Shown here piece by piece: positions 36,245 through 48,658 of a stretch of 51,669 bases of DNA. Position 1 is the first letter of the stretch; the number at the start of each line of letters is the position of its first letter. This stretch comes from Octopus bimaculoides (Eukaryota): NCBI RefSeq assembly GCF_001194135.2, contig NC_068984.1, forward strand, positions 113,552,314 through 113,603,982, read 5' to 3'. A program made the translations under genes and the position numbers. The notes below the pieces were generated by a model. The model was given only the letters and a program-made list of their open reading frames with translations. It searched no databases and had not been told where the DNA came from.

Positions 36245-36304
36245 TGGGCTTATTCCAAAAATTGAATAGTTCTTATGGGCTTATTCCATAAATTGAATAG
36301 TTCT
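36245..36304. repeat. 29 bp duplication with 31 bp period at the protease-integrase deletion junction
   Basis: tgggcttattcca(a/t)aaattgaatagttct twice. Confidence 0.9.
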
Positions 36305-36760
36305 ATCCACTCTCTGTCAAATAAATTAAATTGAATGTTTTAATACATATATCTTAACTTTTTTCGTTTAACCACGAAGTGTTACGTTACATACGCATTA
36401 AGCATTCAACGAAAAAATATAATCTTTTTCCCGTAACACCATGTGCTAACGTTTTCGATTTAATTAATTTCGACTTACCGATACGTTTCTACGTTTTTTT
36501 TTTTATAATTGTTATGTCATTACCTGTGTCGAACTTCAATTTTACGTCAGTATTTTTAATTTTCACATGTACGAATTTTCTGTTCGTTATATCACCCTTT
36601 TTTCTCGATGACAAACTATTTTTTTTCCCCATTGTTCTGACGATTTGTCATCTTCGTTCTACAGTGTGTCTTTATATATCCCATATTTTCACAACGAAAA
36701 CACTCCGCTTCTTTAAATTGACAATTTTCCTGAGGTACAACGTGCAAAAGATGGGTTTAT
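36290..36760 (-). mobile_element. Gypsy gag zinc knuckle and aspartic protease remnant
   Basis: AECFRCENMGYIKTHC (36708-36661, degenerate CCHC), VKIKNTDVKLKFDTGNDITII (DTG at 36530-36522) and NLFDREWIELFNLWNKPI. Confidence 0.85.
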
Positions 36761-36822
36761 ATCCTGAGGCTTGTCATGTTTTTTAGAAAACACTTTATCT
36801 CTATTCAGACAATTCCGTACCG

Positions 36823-36883
36823 GTTTTACCTGGAAACAATCTTTACGTTCAATTTGAACGTAAAGATTGTTTCCAGGTAAAAC
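36823..36883. repeat. Perfect 61 bp palindrome (30 bp arms, 1 nt centre)
   Basis: gttttacctggaaacaatctttacgttcaa-t-ttgaacgtaaagattgtttccaggtaaaac. Confidence 0.97.
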
Positions 36884-37117
36884 TCCTTCCTTGGAATTTC
36901 AATATCAACAACAGGGTATTTTTGTATGTATGTTGTATGTATGTATTTATGTATGTATGTATGTATGTATGTATGTATAAACACACAAACATCTGATGGA
37001 ATATTTTTCGCCGTTCGTTTGTTAAGATCAATCACAATCTACTTTAAATATTTCATATATATCCCATGTTACCACCTATTTTCATAGCACAATGCTTCTA
37101 CTACTACTACCACTACT

Positions 37118-37185
<68 letters not shown>

Positions 37186-37338
37186 TTGCATTTTTACATC
37201 TCATAATATTTTCGGTACAACCCAGTAACCTTGTCATGCGAGCTGAAAGATTTTGTTCTTTATTAGAAACGTTTTCTACACTTGTCCTTTCGTTGATTCT
37301 TTCCTTGGAAGATTTTTTTTTTTTTTGTCTTTTCTACA

Positions 37339-37357
37339 GTATTTATTGCTTTCGCCC
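37339..37357 (+). other. Candidate 19 nt microexon
   Basis: T14-gtctttctacag acceptor, then TATTTATTGCTTTCGCCCG, then donor CCG|GTAAGT. Confidence 0.3.
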
Positions 37358-37599
37358 GGTAAGTCTCAACATCTTCGGCTGAAAAATACTTTGCAATTCC
37401 TGGGTTGAGATCACTTTGTGTGAGTTGAAATCGGCGATATTTCATTATAATGGCTTCTTTTCCACCATACGGTACCGCCCTATATTTCAAATACGCTGCT
37501 TCTTCGTAATTTACTTGTTCTCTCTCTCTCTCTCACTCTCTCTCTCTCTCTCTCTCACTCTCTCCCTCTCTCTCACTCTCTTTCTCTCTCTCTGTCTAT

Positions 37600-37671
37600 C
37601 TATCCATAGCTATCTATCTATCCATAGCTATCTATCTATCCATAGCCATCTATCTATACATAGCTATCTAT
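37600..37671. repeat. 18 bp minisatellite x4 derived from (TATC)n
   Basis: ctatccatagctatctat units with single variants in units 3 and 4. Confidence 0.9.
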
Positions 37672-37884
37672 CTATCTCTGACTCACTCGACACACACACA
37701 CACCAACTAATACAAACACACACACACACACACGCACACTCACACACACATGCATACATACATTTCTACAAAGAGAGGGGAGACAGAGAGACAGTTGAAG
37801 AGACAGACAGACAGATATAGTTGCATATATATATATCTTTTTTTATATGTATGCATATAAATACACACTCACACACACACACAT

Positions 37885-37941
<57 letters not shown>

Positions 37942-38044
37942 NNNNNNNNNNNNNNNNNNNNNNNNNNNNNNNNNNNNNNNNNNNNNNNNNNNNNATATAT
38001 GAAATAATACTGCACCGAGAACTTTTTATTACTCTATATATGTA

Positions 38045-38138
<94 letters not shown>

Positions 38139-41033
38139 TACAGACGGACAAAGACAGAAGCAGGAAGAGACTAAACGAGTGTGCAACTTAAATTTTAATT
38201 GCAAGACAAATAACCAGTATTTAGAACACGATGCGTGTTCCTGAATATCTGAAGTGAAAGATGACGTAACTAAATACATTATACGATCAAACGCTTCCTC
38301 TATTGTTATGCTATACGTTTATATACATACATAAACGCATACACCCATATATGCATAGCCGAATGTATATGTGTCTTTCTGTGTGTGTATGTATATATAT
38401 ATATTTATATATATATATACACACACACACACACGTATACATACATGTGTGGGTATGTGTGTGTGTGTGAGTGTGTATGAACTTACCTATTTTGCATCTG
38501 TAAGCTACTTCATGTTAAAAACGCATCTGCTTTAAAGCGATTTTATAGATTTTATACACACGATGACACCCAAGTGAGAAAGCAGCCGTGTGGCATAGTG
38601 CGTTGGGCATCGTGTTAAAAGCTTTCGCAGAATTTCATTTCACCCCATCTACGATTTAGCTATGTATACATATATCGTATATATGTGTCCGTGTACGTTT
38701 GTATATGCATACTTGTGTATATGCATCTTTACATAATTCTGCAAGGGTTCGATTTTACTTCCATTTTGGATCAATAAAATATGTATTAAACAGGTATTGC
38801 GTGGATTGACCTGTACATGTGTAACCTCGTGCCACCCTGTGAAATAACTATAGATATTCGAAAGTATGTTAAACTGAGCATACATTTATTGAATAGCCAG
38901 ATGTTCTGAATCAGAGCCATATATCTGTTAATGTTACAGACAATAATCTCAACATGAACAGAGGTGCCAATTCTCTAATATGTCAGTTAAGAAATGCTAA
39001 TCAACAGCGGCACTGTTCATTTCTTCCGAAAATATCCCCAAGGATATAATTATATTCATGAATTTTAATTAACAATTCAACACGGATTTCAGGCGGATAT
39101 AAAGAAATTTGTCTCCTAATGTCTCTTAATTTTGTTATTGGAAAATGGCTACCTTAATAATCTTTTCCCAGCACAACAACGCGCTTTCGACTAAAGCACA
39201 ATTCCAGCCATTATTTAAAAAAAAACAATATTGTGTTCTGGCATTGTTTGTGAGAAGATTTTTCAATATAATTGTATATATCTTCACGAATTAATGTACA
39301 GTGTATTTATAACTGTTGCAATATTTACTTATATGTATATATAATATCTTATCTTCAACCTAAACATCCTATTCACCTTTATGGGTATAGTTGGATGTGA
39401 TTCTGGTTTAATGTATCTGAAAGAGAAACTGGTGTAACTAGCTCGTATTGACACTTTTATTATGATTATCTCTTTTAGTTTTATGTGTGATTTTATCTTA
39501 TATTTTTTATAGAAACCAACTATGATTATTTTTAAGAAAATGTTCTATAGTGGAGTTCACAGTTTAGGTAGGTTATGTGCTGTGAGGCTCGTATTTGGTT
39601 ATTTCTTTGATATTTTATTCAGTTAATCGGTTTATCTTGTTACTAAACTCACTAATTGGATAAACAAGTGCATGAGCTTAAATTTTGGCACACTTATATT
39701 CCTTAGACAGTATATAAATATAGATAATTATAGGTATATAAGTTTATCGTTTTTCTTTTTTTAACAAAGTAAGATGAACAGTATAGAGATTCAATTATTC
39801 ACAGCATTACGGAAAGTGTTCTAGAATTCCGCACTTGTAGAAATCGTAAAGTATGGCCGCTAATTTTGAGATGCAGCAGGTAATTTCTCCTCCCGAGAAC
39901 TCAAGAAACTTTTAGCAATTTCAAAAACAAAAATCACCATATATATGTATAAAATCATTCTTTTCTTTTTTCTAGAAATAAAATATTTAGTGTGGTGCTA
40001 TAAAACGTCAAACAGGCTCGAATGACTTTTATTTCTCCCTTCTTTGTACGCCTTTGTTGCTTACAACATTCCAACATAATTCCCTACCCACGCCCTACTT
40101 CTCAAACCTTTTCATTGCTCTCGATATCTTTGCTAACAGCTATCCACTCTCTCCTTAACACTTACATTGTTTCTGCATTCACCCGTTAAACAAATTTTAT
40201 TTATCACTGCTCTCAATATTTTTTCCAACACCTAGCCATTCACTTAACCCCCGATCTTATTTGCGGATGCACCATTTACACTGACTTGGGGTCTACCACT
40301 AAATTTAATCGTACAGTATTTTCTTCCACGTATAGCTTCCACCATTGACATCATTCCTCAACTCTCTTAATTTTCTTATTTCCATTTCTTGTCTGAAGTA
40401 CTCAACTTTTTTAGCTAATACAGTCCACCATGAATTTTCTTTGGTTGTATCATTTTACTATTTGCTGTGTGTTGCTTCTTTATCAGTACAGCAGTTGGAT
40501 TTAACAAGTTGGTTTTGCATAGTGTAGTGCACTTAATCAATATGACAAAGGAAAGACCATCAAGTTAAGTGGAGATGGTATTTAAAAATAAATGAATGGG
40601 AAATGGATTACGTTGTTAAATATATATTTTTTTTAAACTTACATGCGGGAGAAATAATTCTGCCATTCTGCAAAAACATTAACTCTTGCAATTCCCACAG
40701 CGATAACACTCCATAAAAATAAAGACAAAATCTAGAAGTTTGTATGACGATTTGCAAGAAGAGGAATGCAACACACAACTTCTAATACAAAAGGTTTCCT
40801 AACAAATAAAATTTAGTTTAAAAGGTTTAAACTGTGCCTTAAAATACACATTAAAAAGAGGTTGCAATTAATTACCCTGTAGATCTGGAAATAATGATTG
40901 CTGAAGGATACTATAACATCAGAATAAGATGTATAATTTTGATGTGTTTGGGATTATGTGAATGCACGCGTACTAGGAGTCAGATTTTTATTTCTAGAAA
41001 AGAATAATTATCATCAGCTTTTAAATTTTTCAG

Positions 41034-41259
41034 AATTCTCATACTTCTTCGTGTGGGAGGAAGTACGGTTTGTGATATGAAATTAAAATCTCCTATGCGT
41101 GTAAACTACTGCAAAAATCTACGGGCTTCACGGGTAATCAAGGATATCTGTAAATGTACACGTTTCTCGCCAGCAGAAAATGTATGTCAAATTCAGCAAT
41201 ATATTGTGGCACTAGCAAATTTTGAAGCCTTTGAAGAAATTGCAGAAAATTATGTTTGA
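41034..41259 (+). CDS. Candidate terminal coding exon, unknown product
   Basis: Acceptor ttttaaatttttcag then 74 open codons (ILILLRVGGSTVCD...FEAFEEIAENYV*) in non-repetitive DNA; no family recognised. Confidence 0.15.
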
Positions 41260-42847
41260 ATTGCTTGAGTCCCATCGAAAGAGCTTGTCTCGAGAAGTGC
41301 TGATGTTATTAAAAGAAGGACGAACTACGAGACAACAAGTTGCTGTAGAAGCTCCACCAACTTCACTTGTCTGCAAAACAAAAATGGCTAAACATTTAGC
41401 ATTTATAGAAGGTCTTACACTAAATGTATAAAGACTCTACCCACTATACGTCAGTAAACTTTGGATAAGGTCATCCCTGGACTCTGATAATGATACCGCT
41501 CTTTCTCTAGTACTTTCCATTCCTTCACCTACTATCAACATCTTTTGTAGTAACTTCATTTGGAACATACACCATTATTTGTCTTTCAGTCTTCTATACC
41601 ATGCTTCCATTACTAATATAGAATTTTACCGCATTAATTGATTGCCGTAGCAGACATATGATAACTTTGGCGTCTTTCAGTTGTTTGCTATTTCTTAGAA
41701 ATTATTAATTGTGCCCATCTCATGTACATACTTCCTGATCCAATGCAAGCAGTCGTGTCGTACGTTTAGAACATTTCTTTAGTAAATCTGACAATGAAAT
41801 CAATATGAAATAATTATACGGTTTAGCAGACTCTTATCCCTTAATGATATACGTTTAACTCTTTAGTATTGTACTTTTTCTCCTTTTGCAGAGTTTTAAT
41901 TACATTTTCGTTTAGGAAATCCCGAAATCCCTTTTTGAGACTGTCTACCGTTAGAACATCATGGTTTCTTTCAATGAATATTTGATTTGCATATTAATAA
42001 AGTGACTACAGAGTGACGATGAAGATACTTTAAATTTGAAGGCAGTTGCAATCTAAAATGTACACATCTAATTTCAGGACCATGCACGTCTAATTGCAGT
42101 CAATGGACCATGCTGACTAATGAAAGGAAATATCCGATATTATTTGCATTCATTTTTATAGTTTAGACAATCTTATTGTCGAGGTAATTTTACAGTAGAA
42201 ACAATTTTGGCTCTTTTGTAATTTTCTGAAGTTACTAATTTCATTGTACGATAAGCAATTTTATTTCTTTAAAAGTAATTAATTTGCAATACAAAAACCA
42301 ATTTTTTAATGTTCTTCTTTCAAGCCAAGCGTATCGTTTAAAATACATCATATTCAACAGAATTGGACTTACTATGAGATAGCAAAGTTTATTAGTGTTG
42401 TATGAATTCTCGCTAAGATACCACCACGAAAGAAATATGACCGTGAAATTGTCATATTGGAACTGCATCATGTTTTGGCTGTTAAGTCAGTGCATCTTTG
42501 CAATTGCTATTTTATTGTATTAAGGTGTATGAGACTGATGAGGATAATCATGTGACATGGGAGAAAAGTGTGGAATAATACCTTTTTTTAAAAATACACT
42601 ATCGCTACGAAACCAGGAATACTTTTGCATATGGAAATGTCACTGAAACTACACTTCTGTCAAGCAGTTTACATAGCTAAAGAGGTTTTATACTAACGGA
42701 AAGCTATCTAAAATATTGATATTAAAACATAGGGTAAAAAATCAGATATTAATTAATATCGATTTATTACCAGGAAGCTAGCACATTTACAGAATCAGAG
42801 AGATTCAGAAAAAATATCTGAGATCTTAGGGGATTAAAGTATATGTT

Positions 42848-42970
42848 TATATAGCGATGACCACTAAAGTGGACATTTAATGTGGTAGAAATAGATCACA
42901 TGTTGTGTGACACAACATGTGATCTATTTCTAGCACATTAAATGTCCACTTTAGTGATCATCGTTATATA
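42848..42970. mobile_element. 123 bp near-perfect palindrome, probable foldback MITE in TA context
   Basis: 61 bp arms around centre G42909, three non-Watson-Crick positions, TATA at both ends. Confidence 0.85.
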
Positions 42971-44894
42971 TAAAATATTGATATGTAACAATTGATTAAA
43001 ATTTATCAATTAAGAGTTCAACGATATTAATATTTTACTGGACTTTTGATGACCATGATTGCTCCAAACTTATTGAGCCAAGTAACTCATTGTTAACTTA
43101 AGACTGAATGGCAGATTTTTGTTTACACTGATGCTGATATGAAGAATATAGATGACATAAACGTATGTATTTGTAGAAGCACGAATTAACGTATTGTACA
43201 GATACCATTATACTATATCCTCAACGAAATCCAACTTTCAAATTAACGCCCTTATATTAGCAGTGTGCACTCTTTGAGACTGGTTTTGTCAATGCATACA
43301 TGCTGCTTGTAATATGTATCTATTTATTTCTGTCTAGATCATATCATGGAATCTCTTCTGCGTTATTTATCACTGATTGTAGCGACTCCCCGTGCAATTC
43401 TGTTTGCTGTTTTTAAGGAGCCTGTAGTTATCTAATGATCTCTAATATAGGTAATTAAATTCGAATTACTAATTGTTAACGTTGGATTGAAAGGTTAATA
43501 CTTGTTTAGACTTACATAGAAGACATGTGGTCGGGTACCAACAAATGCTCATATTTTTCTTTCTTTTTTTCATGCTCGCTTTATTTAACTTTTCTGTCAA
43601 CATATTATTCATGTACAAATTACATTATGAAACTAACACACATAAAAATTATGCTAATGAACAAAAACCAATTAATTTTAATTTTCGCAGTTCACAATTC
43701 TTTAATAAAAATGCGTTATCAATATCAATATTCTAATTGTTACTGAAACACGAACATCGTGGCTGAAAAATTGTAAAAGAAAATATCATTTGACTTAATT
43801 AGCTCAAATTGAAAAGTATTGCTAAAACTTTAAATACATTTTTGAGAAAGTAAAGGAATGAATGTTGTTTCACACAATCGGATTACTATTCTTCTTTTTT
43901 ACTTTCTGTCATTTCAAACTTACAAGACCATCACAACAATACTAAATGCTGTATGTCCTCAGCTTATACAATGATCTGAAATGTTTAAAGCTTGAGTATA
44001 AATATTTAATTTAAACCTGTGTTCTACAATATATTAACTATTATTTCCTGCCTTTTCCCTCTTCCTGATCACATTTGCAAGATCAAAGAGGATGTCTCTA
44101 GTGTCGAGAAAATCTGAAAATATTCATAAATTTCAAATATAACTCTTATAATAGTGACCAACCGTAGACTAACGCTCAAGAAGATTTTATGACAGTTTTG
44201 ATCTTTAGTTGTAAACATTTAATTCGATTAACGTTCTTCGGGAAGTAATGACGTCATATAATCCTATTTTCGTTTTGCAATTATTCTGTTTTCATGCAGG
44301 AAATCTGTACGATATATCTTGTAACGTAGGAGAAACTGTTTCAGAAAGAAAATAATTACATCAAAGGCTTTGCATTTTCTATTTAACTGATAGATAATAT
44401 TTTAAAGTTTCTTTTATCGTTTAAAATAAAATTTCGTAATTAAATCAAACACTAGCTATGTTGCATGTGACATACGTTGGACGCGAAAATGTAATCGAGT
44501 TGGTGAGACAGGGCAAAGAATTTCCACAAAAGTGAGAAAAACTTTCTTATGAAATTTATCACTGGAGAGAGGATTTCGCAACGGCTAGATTGCACCTCAA
44601 TATACAAAAGTTTTGTATGTATAATTAACTCATCAGTTTATCGATTGCATTGATTTGCAGCTGCAACGAAAAGAAAATAATACCGAAAATTGGTAGTGCA
44701 GAAAGAGCTAGGAAGGAATCTAAAAGTCAAAACTACCATAATAAATACATAGTACCGAACGCGAGGAAATGCAACTCTAAAATCAGACTCAGCTGTATAT
44801 CATATGATCTCGATGGTAGTTTTGACTTTAAGAGTCCCTCCTAGCGTGAGGCATTTATGTATAGTAATGCCATTAATATAAATAAATATATTTA

Positions 44895-45315
44895 TACTCT
44901 TTTACTCTTTTACTTGTTTCAGTCATTTGACTGCGGCCATGATGGAGCACGGCCTTTTAGTCGAGCAAATCGACCCTAGGACTTGTTTGTAAGCCTAGTA
45001 CTTATTCTATCGGTCTCTTTTGCCGAACTGCTAAATTACGGAGACGTAAACACACCAGCATCGGTTGTCAAGCGATGTTGGGGGACAAACACACATACAC
45101 ACAAACATATACACATACATACCTATATAAATATATATATATATATATACGACGGGCTTCTTTCAGTTCCCGTCTACCAAATCCACTCACAAGGCTTTGA
45201 TCGGCCCGAGGCTATAGAAGAAGACACTTGCCCAAGGTGCCACACAGTGGGCCTGAACCCGGAACCATGTGGTTAGGAAGCAAGCTACTTACCACACACC
45301 CATTCCTGCGCCTAT
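44895..45315 (-). mobile_element. SINE family A, full length
   Basis: (ACTCTTTT)2 tail, body, internal CA/TA microsatellite ~45090-45148, head ending cctgcgcctat. Confidence 0.9.
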
Positions 45316-45739
45316 AGAGAATAATTAATTAATATATTTTTCCCTTATGAGGTTTTTTTTCAAACTAACTACTTGATAAATTCTTATAAAGATTTTATCC
45401 TATATTTAAATTGTATATATATTCACCTATACATATAAATACATATACATATGTATATATACATACATACCCACCCACATATTTCTATATGCATCTGTAG
45501 ATATGTAAAGAGAAAGAGAAAGCTTGAGAAAAATCATGCATCGCATGTTGGTGCAAAATATATTGTTTACTATTCATGTTCCAAATGTTGTTTAAACAGA
45601 TTTTTACTATTCAGCACAATAATGTAAATAATAGAATCACAATTTAGGTTAATTGAAATTTTTTTTCTCGCACATTTCAACTGCTAAAGGCATACACATT
45701 ACACACACACACACACATATGCATATGTATTCCTTCATT

Positions 45740-45959
45740 TTTCTTTTACTTGTTCCAGTCATTTGACTGTGGCAATGCTGGAGCACCACATTTAGTCGAA
45801 GAAATCGACCCCATGACTTATTCTTTGTAAACCTAGTACTTATTCTATCGGTCTCGTTTGCTGCTGAACCTCTAAGTTACGAGGACGTAAACACACCAAC
45901 ATCGGTTGTCAAGCGATGGTGGGGGACAAACACAGATGCACAAATACATACACACATAC

Positions 45960-46013
<54 letters not shown>

Positions 46014-46135
46014 GCCACGGGCTTCTTTCAGTTTCCGTCTACCATATCCACTCACAAGGCTTTGGTCGGCCTGAAGCTATAGTAGAAGACGCTTGCTGGA
46101 GTTGCCACACAGTGGGACTGAACCCGGACCATGAT
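45740..46135 (-). mobile_element. SINE family A
   Basis: Colinear with 44895-45315; internal microsatellite ~45935-46015. Confidence 0.88.
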
Positions 46136-46202
46136 GTTGGTATAAGTGGATATATTTATATGTATATATACATATCTTCGTGTATGTATATAAATACATA
46201 TA

Positions 46203-46235
<33 letters not shown>

Positions 46236-46537
46236 TATACCATATATATATATACATATATATACGTAATTGAACACACATATTGTATCTTGCGTTGGAC
46301 ATATGGTATTATTCCTGTGATTTTCCACCCTTATGTATCCATTTTTACTATAAGATGAATTCTAGCTCATGCTGAGCACTTCAACTCTAGCCCGTCTTTA
46401 TGTATTGTTATATTAACAATACATAATTATACAAAAATTACAGTTTATATATACGTATACATGCATCTCTACATAGAGAGAAAGATAGCTACATACATAT
46501 ATACTTATATATGCTTGCCCAATATATATGTGTAATT

Positions 46538-46599
<62 letters not shown>

Positions 46600-47296
46600 A
46601 TGTGTATAAATTTATGTGTGTGTGTGTGTCTTGAGTATTTGTGTGCATATTTACGTGGGTATGTGTACACGAATATATTTACGTATGTTCGTATGCATTC
46701 CCATATTCATGTTTTGTATCTGAATATACTTGGTGAATATTTCCTGGTTAGACACAGAACATTTTAAATTACCGGAAACATGATTTGGGAAGCCAGCTAC
46801 GTTCCACGTTAGAAGCATACTTAATCTTCCAGAACCTTATTTAGTCTACCTAACTTATTTGTAATTATATCTGTTATATCTGAAGCACCGGAAGCGGAAA
46901 TGTTCAAACGTTATATCTGTATCTAAACATGACAAGAATGCATTGGTAATTCAAATTTAATCATTGCCAAACTTTCGTTTATAGATGTTATATTAGCAAA
47001 CTTTCCCACCTTCACAATCTTGCGAATTGTGTTTTATAGCCATTTTTCAAATGTTTGGTTGTCGTTTAATATAACAATGTTTGAATGATGCATGAGAAAT
47101 TTCGTCCATAAATTTGTTGTAAACTGAAACAGGAGATAAATATTTTCATCTTTTTCTATTATGTATGTCGATAACGTAACTTTAAGGTGGTATGTGGCAA
47201 AATTAAATTAGTATGTAATTTAGGCATATAAAGGTAACAATAATACAACAATTCTAGCCAACAAATCAACACGAATTACACATACACATGCTCATG

Positions 47297-47336
<40 letters not shown>

Positions 47337-47490
47337 TATATGTGCACACATATACATATATACATATATACATATATACTTATATATATGTATGTGTGTG
47401 TGTGTGTGTGTGTATAAATATATATATATTTATATGTGCACACATATATAGTTATATATACATATATACTTATATATATTTTTCCATGTA

Positions 47491-47540
<50 letters not shown>

Positions 47541-47554
47541 TATCATTTTGTTTG

Positions 47555-47586
<32 letters not shown>

Positions 47587-47601
47587 TAGATAGATAGATA
47601 A

Positions 47602-47688
<87 letters not shown>

Positions 47689-48083
47689 TGTAGGTACGAT
47701 AAAATCCAAGTCGCGTCCTCTTGAGGCACACAAGCTTATTCCATTATTACAATCCATTTTGTAGATGCTGCCATTGTTGCATTGATGTAAAGTACATATT
47801 AGATTTGAAAATTCTGGACACATCGTTTGCAAAGTTGTTGTATAACTAAATAGGAAGTTGGAAAATATTTTGAGTACTCATTACGCATGTTTCATTTGCT
47901 AATAGGTATTACACAATTTTTTCATAATTGATAAACAAGTAATAAATTCCCTAATTGAAATTCTTCGCTGAAACAAATGGTGCTATTTGTTTCTCAGAAA
48001 ACTTTCTAATAGAAAATTTCTTAGAAGTTTATTTAACATGTAAAACTGTGTAAGTCCTATTAGTGAAAGAAACATATGTAATG

Positions 48084-48333
48084 CTCTTTTACTCTTTTAC
48101 TTGTTTCAGTCATGTGACTGTGGCCATGCTGGAGCACCGCCTTTAGTCAAGCGAATCGACTTGAGGACTTATTCTTTGTAAGCCTAGTACTTATTTATCG
48201 GTCTCTTTTGCCGAACTGCATCGGTTGTCAAGCGATGTTGGGGGGACAAATACAGACACTCAAACACACATACATATATATATACATATATACGACGGGC
48301 TTCTTTCAGTTTCTCTGTACCAAATCCACTCAC
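48084..48333 (-). mobile_element. SINE family A, head missing, abutting (GATA)n
   Basis: Tail and body intact to caaatccactcac. Confidence 0.85.
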
Positions 48334-48384
<51 letters not shown>

Positions 48385-48658
48385 TCTTGCGCTTGACAGC
48401 CCCAACATTCACGGATTTGATCCTACAGCATGGAAACTTAAACGAATGTCACTTTCTGTAGCCTCGTGCCAACCCATACTTTCTGAATGAAACTGGGTAG
48501 ATGAAAACTGTGTAGGGGCCCATTAGATGGATTGTCTCTGTAGCTTTCAGGATTCAGTTTGCCTAACACTATGTATGTTGATGAAGCAATTATAAACAAT
48601 GTGTTAAAAGGAATATTGCGAATTCCATTCTTCGCTACTTTTCATTATTATACATATA

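Noticed and set aside
36379-36786. 135 aa hydrophobic plus-strand ORF
   Set aside because: Antisense shadow of the A-rich Gypsy gag/protease remnant
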